A stretch of DNA of 53,965 nt from Prorocentrum cordatum (lineage: Eukaryota): NCBI GenBank assembly GCA_963575745.1, contig CAUYUJ010000278.1, positions 62,001 through 115,965 on the forward strand, read 5' to 3'. The notes below the pieces were generated by a model that saw nothing but the letters and a program-made list of their open reading frames with translations, ran no database searches and was not told where the DNA came from. A program made the translations under genes and the position numbers. Below are positions 25,951 through 36,925 of the stretch, in pieces (the stretch's first letter is position 1; the number at the start of each line of letters is the position of its first letter).

Positions 25951-27929
25951 ACTTGGCTGGACGCGGACGCCGCCGCAGCTGGTTAGACTCACGCCGTAGT
26001 TCGCGCCATTGCGTGCGAGCATTTTCCGCTGGGTAGCACCTCGTGAAACCCCGAGGCACTAGTATGTCAGGCTCCAGCAGCGACGCCACGAGCTTGCCGC
26101 CAGCGAGAAAAACATATTTGCCGTCCGACGCACTCAGAATCAGCGCTTGAGGACATCGCAGTGCACACGGCCCAGAGAAATTCCTTGGGGGGAGGGGGAG
26201 CGCGAGGGGGCGGGGCGGGCGCCCCCTCGCACAGCGGCAGCATTAGCGTTCGGAGCGACGTCGGCCCTGCAGGGCCTGCCAAACTATCCCCAGGATCCTT
26301 GGAACGGTTCGCAGCGTGAGGCCGCGGCTTATTTGGGGCGTTTTTTTTTGGCATGTCCCGGGCCAGCGTAATTCCTGAAGGGCATTGGCGGTGGGTGGTG
26401 CTGAAGATGGCTTTGGGCGCATCGCAGACGACGCAGGCTTGCCATGTTGCGGCTTTGAATCGCTTGGAAGGCCTCTGAGGGCAGCAGAGCTTGTAGTTTG
26501 AGGTCGCCCCCGCTGAAGCGATTGCAATCATCCGCAGACGCTGTCGACGCGAGCTTCGGAAGGCGGGAGGAGGAGCGCGAGGAGGTGGGTCTGGCACCCC
26601 CCTCGCTACGATGCGCGCGCATGGCTGCGGCAGCACGCCCATGGCAAACCCCTTGGAATGCCTTGGGGGAGCTCTCTGGGAGCGCTGGGGGAGCGCCTCG
26701 ACCTTGCCCCAGGATGGAAGCACGTGGGAGCGTCTGGGAGCGTGACAGGACACGCAGAGTGCACCGCGAGCGCGAGCCGTGAATTGTCCGTTGGGTTCGA
26801 CCGTTGGCGTCGCCCCCGCTGAAGCGATTGCAGTGTCGACGCAGCCGCCTTCGGCGCGAATTTCGCATGGCTGGAGGGGGAGCGCGAGGAGGTGGGTCTG
26901 GCACCCCCTCGCTACGATGCGCGCGCATGGCTGCGGCAGCACCTGCATGGCGGGGGAGCGCCGGGAAGCGCCGCCAGGGAGCGCTGCCGAGTGCTTGCGA
27001 ATGCATGCAAGCGCTTGGGAGCGCCAGGGAACGCTTGGGAGCACCTGTGGGAGCTTGGGAGCGCTTGGGAGCAGTGGGAGCGTGCTGGGGGCGTGCTGGG
27101 AGCGTGCCGGGAGCGCCTGGGAGCGTGCCGGAGCGCCTCGGAGTGCTTGGGAGCGCCCCGGAGCGCTCGGAGGCGCCAGGGAGCGCTTGGGAGCGCGCAG
27201 GGAGCGCCTGAGCATGCTCGAGCGCCTGGGAGCGTGCCGGGAGCGCTTGAGAGTACCTGGGAGCGCTTGGTTGCGCTTGGGAGCGCTTGGGAGCGCCTGG
27301 GAGCATGCTGGGAGCGCCAGGATGCGCCTGGGAGCGTGCCGGGAGCGCCTGGGAGCGCCTGGGAGCGCCCAGGAGCGCCTGGGAGCGCCCAGGAGCGCCC
27401 AGGAGCGCCTGGGAGCGCTTGGGAGCGCCCGGGAGCGCTTGGGAACGCCTGGGAACGACCTGGGAACGCCTGGGAGCGCCTGGGAGCGTCTGGGAACGCT
27501 TGGGAGCGCCTGGGGGCGCCTGGGAGCGCCTGGGAGCGCTTGGGAGCGCCTGGGGAGCGCCTGGGACGTGCGCCAGCCGAAAGGACGCCACATGCTGTAT
27601 TTTCATATGGTTTGCGGCCCCATGGACGGCCGAAAGGGCGCTGCATGCTGTATTTTCATAGGTTTGGAGCCCCAGGGGATGGCACCAACCGTAGCGAACC
27701 CTACGGCTGAGCTTTGGGTTAAGGGTTCTTTCTCTTCTCAGATGCACACCCACGGGGATGCATACCCGCGGGATGCGAATCCTCCTCAGCGGCCATCGCC
27801 GCTTCGTCGGTGCGGCGTGCGCGCATGGGCGGACTCGCTGATCGCTCGGCCAGGCGCCACGGGCTTCTGACGATGCACCGCCCGTGGCTTGCAGTTTAGG
27901 GTTTAGGGTTTAGGGTTTAGGGTTTAGGG

Positions 27930-28399
27930 CTTCTCTTAGCGCAGCGGCCGACAGTCAAGGCAATGCTGCCCCCCCTTCGGCAAGCTTGATTGGGGGGGCG
28001 GTTAGCCGACCCGAGCAAGCTTGGCGAAGGGGGCAGGAGGTGCAACATCTTCCCACCCCCGGCCGCATGGCCGGCAACCTCCCAAACTAAAGCCTTTTAG
28101 GGTTTAGGGCCGTTGGCCCCTAAATTCCCAAATGCGTTCCAAGCGCTCCCTGGCGCTCCCAGGCGCTCCCAAGCGCTCCCAGGCGCCCTCAGTCAAGCGC
28201 TCCCATGCGCTCCCCGGCGCTGCCAGGCGCTCCCGGCGCGTTCCGAAGCGCTCCCTGGCAATCCCAAGGCGCTTCCAGGCGCTCCCAGGCTCCCCAGGCG
28301 TTCCCGGCGCGTTCCCAAGCGCTCCCGGGCGCTCCCAGACGCATCCAAGCGCTCCCAAGCGTTCCCAGGCGCTCCCGGCACGTTCCCAGGCGCTCCCGG

Positions 28400-28445
<46 letters not shown>

Positions 28446-28499
28446 CCCGGCGCTCCCAGGCGCTCCCAGGCGTTCCCAGGCGCTCCCAGGCGCTGCCAG

Positions 28500-28563
<64 letters not shown>

Positions 28564-28808
28564 CCCCAGGCGCCCCCGGGCGCTTCGAGGAAAAGGTCTT
28601 TGGGTTTAGGGTGTTATATTCGTTGAGGATCAGGGGAGGTTTATCATTGAAGCGCGAATCCCCAAAAGAGGGGGAGGGCAGCAGCAAAAGCTGCCAAGGT
28701 GAACCACTCGGGCTACATGCTCAAGCATCTCAGAGATGCCCTGTCTCTCGTAGACGGCGACGGTGATGCGCGGTGGGGTGGGCAGAAGCACAACGAGGTG
28801 CTTGGGAT
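27930..28808 (+). mobile_element. Family-C non-autonomous element
   Basis: Same head and right end as 3668-4542. Internal dimer 28096-28109. Confidence 0.7.
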
Positions 28809-28997
28809 TTTAGGGTTTAGGGTTTAGGGTTTAGGGTTTAGGGTTTAGGGTTTAGGGTTTAGGGTTTAGGGTTTAGGGTTTAGGGTTTAGGGTTTAGGGT
28901 TTAGGGTTTAGGGTTTTGGGTTTTGGGTTTTGGGTTTTGGTTTTAGGGTTTAGGGTTTAGGGTTTAGGGTTTAGGGCTTAGGGTTAAGGGTTTAGGG
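28809..28997 (+). repeat. Telomeric tract, ~27 units including TTTTGGG variants
   Basis: Read directly. Confidence 0.97.
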
Positions 28998-30534
28998 CCT
29001 GCAGGGGCGCATGCCCGCGCTGGCTGCGATCCCCCCCACATCAAGGTTGTTGGGGGGGGATCGCTGCCCAAGCCGCGCGCGCTATGAACTTGCACTCCCG
29101 CCCCAGACCACCCACAGTAAAGCCCTTTAGGGTTTAGGGTTTCTCCCCCCAGCCCCCTTATCACGGGGGGCTATCGAAGTGGCGCGCGCAGGCGATCGCC
29201 GACGCGGCCGCGGCGTTGCGCATCCACGTGAGCACGCGCGCAGGGCTGCCCCTGGCGCAGCATGTCCGTGCGTTGCCGTTTTGCCTTCGGCACTGGGTTG
29301 TGACACTGGGGTGCGAATGCTGGGAAGCGCGCGCGCGGTCGCGGCCGTGGCAATGCGCGCCCATGCGGGCACGCGCGCAGGGTGCATGGCGCTGGCGCGT
29401 CAGCTCGCCTCGTCGATGAGGCAGCTGTTGCGCCTTCGGCAGGGGGCTTCGCCGTTGGGCTGCCGCTGGCGCAGCAGATCCACAGGGGTCCGCAGTTGCC
29501 TTCGGCGTTGGAAAGCAGCGCTGCGAGGGCGCTGGCGCGGCAATCCCATGGGCCCCCGTGGGCCTCGAGCGAGTAGCCGCGCCGTCGGGCTCCTCGCTGA
29601 CGGCGACGCGCACGGCAGTTGCATTCGCCCGCGGCTTTGGGTTTTGCTTCGATGTCGCCCCCGCGGAAGCGATTGCAATCATCGACGCAGACGCTGTCGA
29701 CGCGAGCTTCGGAAGGCGGGAGGAGGAGCGCGAGGGGGTGGGTCTGGCACCCCCTCGCTACGATGCGCGCGCATGGCTGCGGCAGCACGTCCATGGCAGA
29801 CCCCTTGGAATGCCTTGGGGGAGCTCTCTGAGAGCGCTGGGGGAGCGCCTCGACCTGTCCCCAGGATGGAAGCACGTGGGAGCGTCTGGGAGCGCGACAG
29901 GACACGCAGAGTGCACCGCGAGCGCGAGCCGTGAATTGCCCGTTGGGCTTGACCGTTGGCGTCGTCCCCGCTGAAGCGATTGCACTGTCGACGCAGCCGC
30001 CTTCGGCGCGAATTTCGCATGGCTGGAGGGGGAGCGCGAGGGGGTGGGTCTGGTACCCCCTCGCTACGATGCGCGCGCATGGCTGCGGCAGCACCTGCGT
30101 GGCGGGGGAGCGCCGGGAAGCGCCGCCAGGGGGCGCTGCCGAGTGCTTGCGAATGCATGCAAACGCTTGGGAGCGCCATGGGACCGCTCGGACTGCTGAA
30201 AACTGCTTGGGAGCGCCAGGGAACGCTTGGGAGCACCTGTGGGAGCTTGGGAGCGCCTGGGAGCAGTGGGAGCGTGCTGGGAGCGTGCTGGGAGCGTGCC
30301 GGGAGCGCCTGGGAGCGTGCCGGAGCGCCTCGGAGTCCTTGGGAGCGCCCCGGAGCGCTCGGAGGCGCCAGGGAGCGCTTGGGAGCGCGCAGGGAGCGCC
30401 TGGGCATGCTCGAGCGCCTGGGAGCGTGCCGGGAGCGCTTGGGAGCGCCTGGGAGCATGCTGGGAGCGCCAGGATGCGCCTGGGAGCGTGCCGGGAGCGC
30501 CTGGGGGCGCCTGGGAGCGCCTAGGACCGCGTGG

Positions 30535-30569
<35 letters not shown>

Positions 30570-30685
30570 TGCCGAGAGCGCTTGGGAACATGCCGGGAGC
30601 GCCTGAAGCGCCGTGCCTGGGGGTGCCTGGGAGCGCCTGGGAGCGCCTGGGAACGCCTGGGAGCGCCTGGGAGCGCGCCGAGAGC
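28998..30685 (+). mobile_element. Family-A element truncated at the right end
   Basis: Normal head and dimer (29126-29139). Stops inside the 10-mer minisatellite and runs straight into (TTTAGGG)10. Confidence 0.72.
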
Positions 30686-30755
30686 TTTAGGGTTTAGGGT
30701 TTAGGGTTTAGGGTTTAGGGTTTAGGGTTTAGGGTTTAGGGTTTAGGGTTTAGGG
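30686..30755 (+). repeat. (TTTAGGG)10 telomeric tract
   Basis: Read directly. Confidence 0.97.
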
Positions 30756-33700
30756 TTTCTGCGCAGAACCATCCTATCCCCCCCTCCTCAGGAGGTAGGG
30801 GGGGATGGATGGATGCGTTCTGTCCCACCCCATCCACCAGAGTCATTGCTTTTAGGGTTTAGGGATCTACCTCCCACGCTCCCCCCTATCAAGGGGGGAA
30901 GGAGTGCTGGCGTCAGCCTGAGTGAGTGATGTGCGTCCCAGAAACAGATATGTCAGCATTAGCGCGATTCGAGAGTCGTCCTTCGCGAAAGTTTCGCGCG
31001 CGACCGCGACCCTTGCGGGTGCAGAGTCGCCCGCGTAGCCTTCCCCAGGGGCCGCCGCGTGGAGGCTGGACGTGGCCCCCTGGGTTTCCGCGCGGCAGTG
31101 GGCGCCGCGCCGCGCGCGGGGTCCGCCGGGCTTTCTCGCTCGCGGACTCGGCGCGGCGCGGCGGCTACTCCCGCGCGGAAGCCCCTCTCGACTGCGAGCT
31201 TCCGCGTTCCTGGTGCAAGTCCGCGGAAGAGGGCACAACTGCGCCTTGCCGAGAGTTCGCGGGGGCGCCGTTGTTCGTGGGGTCGGCGGACGTCGGCTCT
31301 GCGACGCGCGTGAGCGCTGCGGGAGCGAGAGTGCGCGTGCGGTGGCGAGAGAATCAGCACCAAAGAAGCTCGAAAAAGACGCGCTTGAGAGAGCCCGCGG
31401 CCAAAGCAGCACCGAAAAGAGCTCGAAACAGACCGCTTTAGAGAGCCCGCGGCCAAAGCAGCACCTAAGGCAGCTCGAAACAAACGCGCTTGAGAGAGCC
31501 CGCGGCCGAAGCAGCACCAAAAAGCTCGAAACAGACGCGCTTGAGAGAGCACGCGGCCGAAGCAGCACCCAGGGGAGCTCGAAACAGATGCGCTTGAGAG
31601 AGCACGCGGCCGAAGCAGCACCCAAGGGAGCTCGAAACAGACGCGCTTGTGAGCCCGCGGCCAAAGGAGCATCCAAGGGAGCTCGAAACAGACGCGCTTG
31701 AGGGAGCCCGCGGCCGAAGCAGCACCCAGAGAGAGCTCGAAACAGACGCGCTTGTGAGAGCCCGCGGCCGAAACAGCACCCAAAGGGAGCTCGAAACAAC
31801 ACCCTTGAGAGAGTCTGCGGCCAAAGGAGCACCAAGGGAGCTCGAAACAGACGCGCTTGAGAGAGCCCCCGGCCGCAGCAGCACCCAAGGGAGCTCGAAA
31901 CAGACGCGCTTGAGAGAGCACGCGGCCGAAGCAGCACCCAGGGGAGCTCGAAAGAGACGCGCTTGTGAGAGCCCGCGGCGGAAACAGCACTCAAGGGAGC
32001 TCGAAACACACACCCTTGAGAGAGCCCGCGGCCGAAGCAGCACCCAGAGGGAGCTCGAAACAGACGCGCTTGTGAGAGCCCGCGGCCGAAACAGCACCCA
32101 AAGAAGCTCGAAACAACACCCTTGAGAGAGTCTGCGGCCAAAGGAGCACCAAGGGAGCTCGAAACAGACACGCTTGAGAGAGCCCGCGGCCGAAACAGTA
32201 TCCAAGGGAGCTCGAAACAGACACCCTTGAGAGAGTCCGCGGGCAAAGGAGCACCCAAGGGAGCTCGAAACAAGCGCGCTTGAGAGAGCCCGCGGCCGAG
32301 GCAGCACCCAATGGAGCTCGAAACAGACACCCTTGAGAGAGTCTGCGGCCAAAGGAGCACCCAAGGGAGCTCGAAACAGACACGCTTGAGAGCGCCCGCG
32401 GCCGAAACAGCACCCACGGGAGCTCGAAACAGACACCCTTGAGAGAGTCCGCGGCCAAAGCAGCACCCAAGGCAGCTCGAAAGAGACGCGCTTGAGAGAG
32501 CCCGCGGCCGAAGCAGCACCAAAAAGCTCGAAACAGACGCGCTTGAGAGCACGCGGCCGAAGCAGCACCCAAGGGAGCTCGAAACAGACAACCTTGAGAG
32601 AGTCCGCGGCCACAAGAGCATCCAAGGGAGCTCGAAACATACGCGCTTGAGAAAGCCCGCGGCCGAAGCAGCATCCAGGGGAGCTCGAAACAGACACGCT
32701 TGAGAGAGCCCGCGGCCGAAACAGCACCCAAGGGAGCTCGAAACAGACACCCCTGAGAGAGTCTGCGGCCAAAGGAGCACCCAAGGGAGCTCGAAACAGA
32801 CGCGCTTGAGAAAGCTCCCGGCCGCAGCAGCACCCAAGCGAGCTCGAAACAGACGCGCTTGAGAGAGCCCGCGGCCGAAGCAGCACCAGGGCAGCTCGAA
32901 ACAGACGCGCTGGTAAGAGCCCGCGGCCGAAACAGCACTCAAGGGAGCTCGAAACAGACACCCTTGAGAGAGTCCGCGGCCAAAGGAGCAGCCAAGTGAG
33001 CTCGAGACAGACGCGCTTGAGAGAGCCCGCGGCCGAAGCAGCACCCAAGGGAGCTCGAAACATACGGCTTGAGAGAGCCCGCGGCCGAAGCAGCACCCAG
33101 GGGAGCTCGAAACAGACCCGCTTGAGAGAGCCCGCGGCCGAAACAGCACCCAAGGGAGCTCGAAACAGACACCCTTGAGAGAGCCCGCGGCCAAAGGAGC
33201 ACCCAAGAGAGCTCTAAACAGACGCACTTGAGAGAGCCCGCGGCCGAAGCAGCACCCAAGGGAGCTCGAAACAGACGGCTTCAGAGAGCCCGCGGCCGAA
33301 GCAGCACCCAAGGGAGCTCGAAACAGACACGCTTGAGAGAGCCCGCGGCCGAAACAGCATTCAAGGGAGCTCGAAACAGACACCCTTGAGAGAGTCTGCG
33401 GCCAAAGGAGCACCCAAGGGACACAAACCAAGCCCACAGAAGAACGCAGACCGGCGCCACAGTCGCCCACCGAGCCAGCCCGAGCTCGGAGTTTCGCCCA
33501 AGTTCGGAGCCCGAGCCGGAATCAGAGCCCGAGCCGGCACCGCGCCGGAGCCCGGGGGAAAGTGAATCCGGTATATCGGTAATTTTCCTTGGTTTAGCTC
33601 TCCCAGAGAGGTCTGCGCACGCTCTTGAGGATATGTTTTGTTCACTACCCTGGGAACGATCCTCTGGGGGCTCCTTCACGCCAAGAGCTCTGGAGGGGAG

Positions 33701-34402
33701 CTCTGGGGGAGAGCTCTGGAGGGGAGCTCTGGGGGAGAGCTCTGGGGGAGAGCTCTGGAGGGAGAGCTCTGGGGGAGAGCTCCGGGGGAGAGCTCTGGGG
33801 GAGAGCTCTGGGGGAGAGCTCTGGGGGAGAGCTCTGTGGGAGAGCTCTGGGGGAGAGCTCTGTGAGAAACTCTGGAATCTATCTGGGGAGAGCTCGTGGG
33901 GGAAGCCCTGGGGCGAAGCTAGTCGGGGAGAAGTCGGGGAGAGCTTCTGAGGGGAGAGCATCTGGGGGAGAGCTCTGGGGGAGAGCTCTGGGGGAGAGCT
34001 CTGGAGGGAGCTCTGGGGGAGAGCTCCGGGGGAGAGCCCTGGGGGAGAGCTCTGGGGGAGAGCTCTGGGGGAGAGCTCTGGGGGAGAGCTCTGGGGGAGA
34101 GCTCTGGGGGAGAGCTCTGGGGGGAAGCCCTGGAGGGGAGCTCTGGGGGAGAGCTCTGGGGGGGAGCTCTGGGGAGAGCTCTGGGGGAGAGATCTGGGGG
34201 AGAGCTCTGGGGGAGAGCTCCGGGGGAGAAGTTGAGCGGTATCCGCGAGCATCCGGCCGAGGGTTAGGGGTTATCATTGTGCAAGCGAAGCACCGCCTCG
34301 GGCCGGCAGGCCTATGGTCGCGGTGAGCTCGACTTGCAGCTCGCTCTCACTAGCAGATCCTTACAGGCGTGGCGGTGCGCGCCCCCAGGTCCGCGCCTGC
34401 AG
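30756..34402 (+). mobile_element. Family-B element with a different interior (~52-bp satellite)
   Basis: Family-B head, dimer 30851-30864, family-B right end CCTGCAG. Confidence 0.72.
31357..33420. repeat. ~52-bp tandem satellite, ~39 copies
   Basis: Unit GAGCTCGAAACAGACGCGCTTGAGAGAGCCCGCGGCCGAAGCAGCACCCAAGG. A short array also lies at ~35110-35360. Confidence 0.93.
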
Positions 34403-34555
34403 TTAGGGTTTAGGGTTTAGGGTTTAGGGTTTAGGGTTTAGGGTTTAGGGTTTAGGGTTTAGGGTTTAGGGTTTAGGGTTTAGGGTTTAGGGTTTAGGGT
34501 TTAGGGTTTATGTTTTAGGTTTTAGGGTTTAGGGTTTAGGGTTTAGGGTTTAGGG
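34403..34555 (+). repeat. Telomeric tract, ~22 units
   Basis: Read directly. Confidence 0.97.
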
Positions 34556-36714
34556 TTTCCGAGCAGAACCATCCTATCCCCCCCTCACCAGGGTGTAGGG
34601 GGGGATGGATGGGTGCGTTGAGTCCCGCCCCATCCGCCCAGAGTCATTGCTTTTAGGGTTTAGGGTGGTCTACCCCCCTCGCTCCCCCCTAGCAAGGGGG
34701 GAAGTGTGCAGGCGTCGGCAAGAGTGAGTGGCCGCGTACCAGGGATGAATGAGAAGAGTTGTCCTTCGCGAAAGTTACGCGTGCGACCTAGGCCCGCGCG
34801 GGCGGGGGAATGTGAATCCGGTATATCGGTAATTTTCCTTGGTTTAGCTCTCCCAGAGAGGTCTGCGCACGCTCTTGAGGATATGTTTTGTTCACTACCC
34901 TGGGTGGGAATCGTCTGTGGGAGTCCGGCGGACGTCGGGAGATGGCGACGCGCGGGAGTACTGCGGCATGTGTATGCGATGGGCGAATCAGCGTGGGATT
35001 TGTCGCGGGGTTGAACATCCCACGCAGCAGCGGGGGTAAGCAAGTTGCGTTGCAGACGCAGCAGTGGGTCTGTGAGAACATTAAGCAGGCTGGCCAGGCA
35101 GCACCTTGGGGCACACGGCTTGAGAGACCCCAAAGGAGCACCCAAGAGAGCTCGAAACAGACGCGCTTGAGAGAGCCCGCAGCCGAAGCAGCACCCAAGG
35201 GAGCTCGAAACAGACGGCTTGAGAGAGCCCGCGGCCGAAGCAGCACCCAAGGGAGCTCGAAACAGACACGCTTGAGAGAGCCCGCGGCCGAAACAGCAAT
35301 CAAGGGAGCTCGAAACAGACACCCTTGAGAGAGTCTGCGGCCAAAGGAGCACCCAAGGGACACAAACCAAGCCCACAGGAGAACGCAGACCGGCGCCACA
35401 GTCGCCCACCGAGCCCCGAGCTCGGAGTTTCGCCCAAGTTCGGAGCCCGAGCCGGAATCAGAGCCCGATCCGGCACCGCGCCGGAGCCCGGGGGAATGTG
35501 AATCCGGTATATCGGTAATTTTCCTTGGTTTAGCTCTCCCAGAGAGGTCTGCGCACGCTCTTGAGGAGATGTTTTGTTCACTACCCTGGGAACGATCCTC
35601 TGGGGGCTCCTTCACGCCAAGAGCTCTGGTGGGGAGCTCTGGGGGAGAGCTCTGGGGGAGAGCTCTGGAGAGAGAGCTCTGGGGGAGAGCTCCGGGGGAG
35701 AGCTCTGGGGGAGAGCTCTGGGGGAGAGCTCTGGGGGAGAGCTCTGGGGGAGAGCTCTGGGGGAGAGCTCTGGGGGAGAGCTCTGGGGGAGAGCTCTGGG
35801 AGAAAGCTCTGGGGGAGAGCTCTGGGGGAGAGCTCTGGGAGAGAGCTCTGGGGGAGAGCTCATGGGGAGAGCTCTGGGTGAGAGCTCTGGGGGGGAGCTC
35901 CGGGGGAGAGCTCTGGGGGAGAGCTCTGGGGGAGAGCTCTGGGGGAGAGCTCTGGGAGGGAGCTCTGGGGGAGAGCTCTGGGGGAGAGCTCTGGGGGAGA
36001 GCTCTGGGGGAGAGCTCTGGGGGAGAGCTCTGGGGGAGAGCTCTGGGGGGAAGATCCCTCGTTGTGGGAGCCCACAAGGAGCCTGGGGGAGCTCGTTATG
36101 GGAGCCCACAAGGAGCCAAGGAGCCCGGGGGAGCTCGTTGTGGGTACCCCCCAGAATCCTCCGCGATGCCGGCATCAGGGAGGATTTTGGCCGGCGGACG
36201 CACAGAACCGTTGGACCATTGGATTTACGCCTTCGGCAATAAAACCTGCCCCAGCGCGCTCTTCCAGAGAAACCAAGCGTTGTGGGGTCAGTTTTAAGCA
36301 AATCCGGAGGTTTTTAAGCGCCGATACAAGTGCTTGGATGTCAGAGAGGCTACATGCGGGCGCGACAAGGGGGACCAGCGCGGCGGCGGGCAAACCCCAG
36401 CGCTAATTTTACGATTTCGGCTATCTAAGCGCCGCAGCGCGCTTCCGTAGCGAAGCCAAGCGTCCTGGGGCAGTTTCTAAGGAAATCCAATGGTTTTTAA
36501 GGGAAAGCCTAAACCCGCGGCCCAATACCCTAACCTCACCAGGGCCGGCCGCGATTTGGGAGCATCCGGCCCCGGGTTAGGGGTTATGTGTTTCTGAGCG
36601 AGACACAGCCTCAGGCCGGCAGGCCGATTGTGGCGGTGAGCTCGACTGGCAGCTCGCTCTCACTAGCAGATCCTTACAGGCGTGGCGATGCGCGCCCCAG
36701 GGCCGCGCCTGCAG
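34556..36714 (+). mobile_element. Divergent family-B element
   Basis: Variant head, dimer 34652-34665, ~5 copies of the 52-bp unit, 13-mer array, right end CCTGCAG|TTTAGGG. Confidence 0.7.
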
Positions 36715-36825
36715 TTTAGGGTTTAGGGTTTAGGGTTTAGGGTTTAGGGTTTAGGGTTTAGGGTTTAAGGTTTAGGGTTTAGGGTTTAGGGTTTAGGGTT
36801 TAGGGTTTAGGGTTTAGGGTTTAGG
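36715..36825 (+). repeat. Contig-terminal telomeric tract
   Basis: About 16 TTTAGGG units running into the gap, with the G-strand oriented as at a chromosome end. Confidence 0.95.
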
Positions 36826-36925
36826 NNNNNNNNNNNNNNNNNNNNNNNNNNNNNNNNNNNNNNNNNNNNNNNNNNNNNNNNNNNNNNNNNNNNNNNNNNN
36901 NNNNNNNNNNNNNNNNNNNNNNNNN
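36826..36925. other. 100-N scaffolding gap
   Basis: Exactly 100 N. Confidence 0.99.

Larger units (their letters stand above)
12927..27894 (+). mobile_element. Long, autonomous-type family-A telomere-associated Helitron-like element (15 kb)
   Basis: Family-A head (CCTGCA..., hairpin, TTTAGGG x2 at 13054-13067) and family-A right end (GCCACGGGC..GCCCGTGGC-TTGCAG), bounded by (TTTAGGG)5 on both sides. Encloses a satellite, a 350-bp duplication and the RepHel gene. Confidence 0.75.

Noticed and set aside
20762..26022. Antisense ORFs overlapping RepHel
   Set aside because: Shadow ORFs of a GC-rich coding region with no recognisable motifs.
30867..33470. 867-aa and 562-aa minus-strand ORFs
   Set aside because: Translations of the 52-bp satellite.
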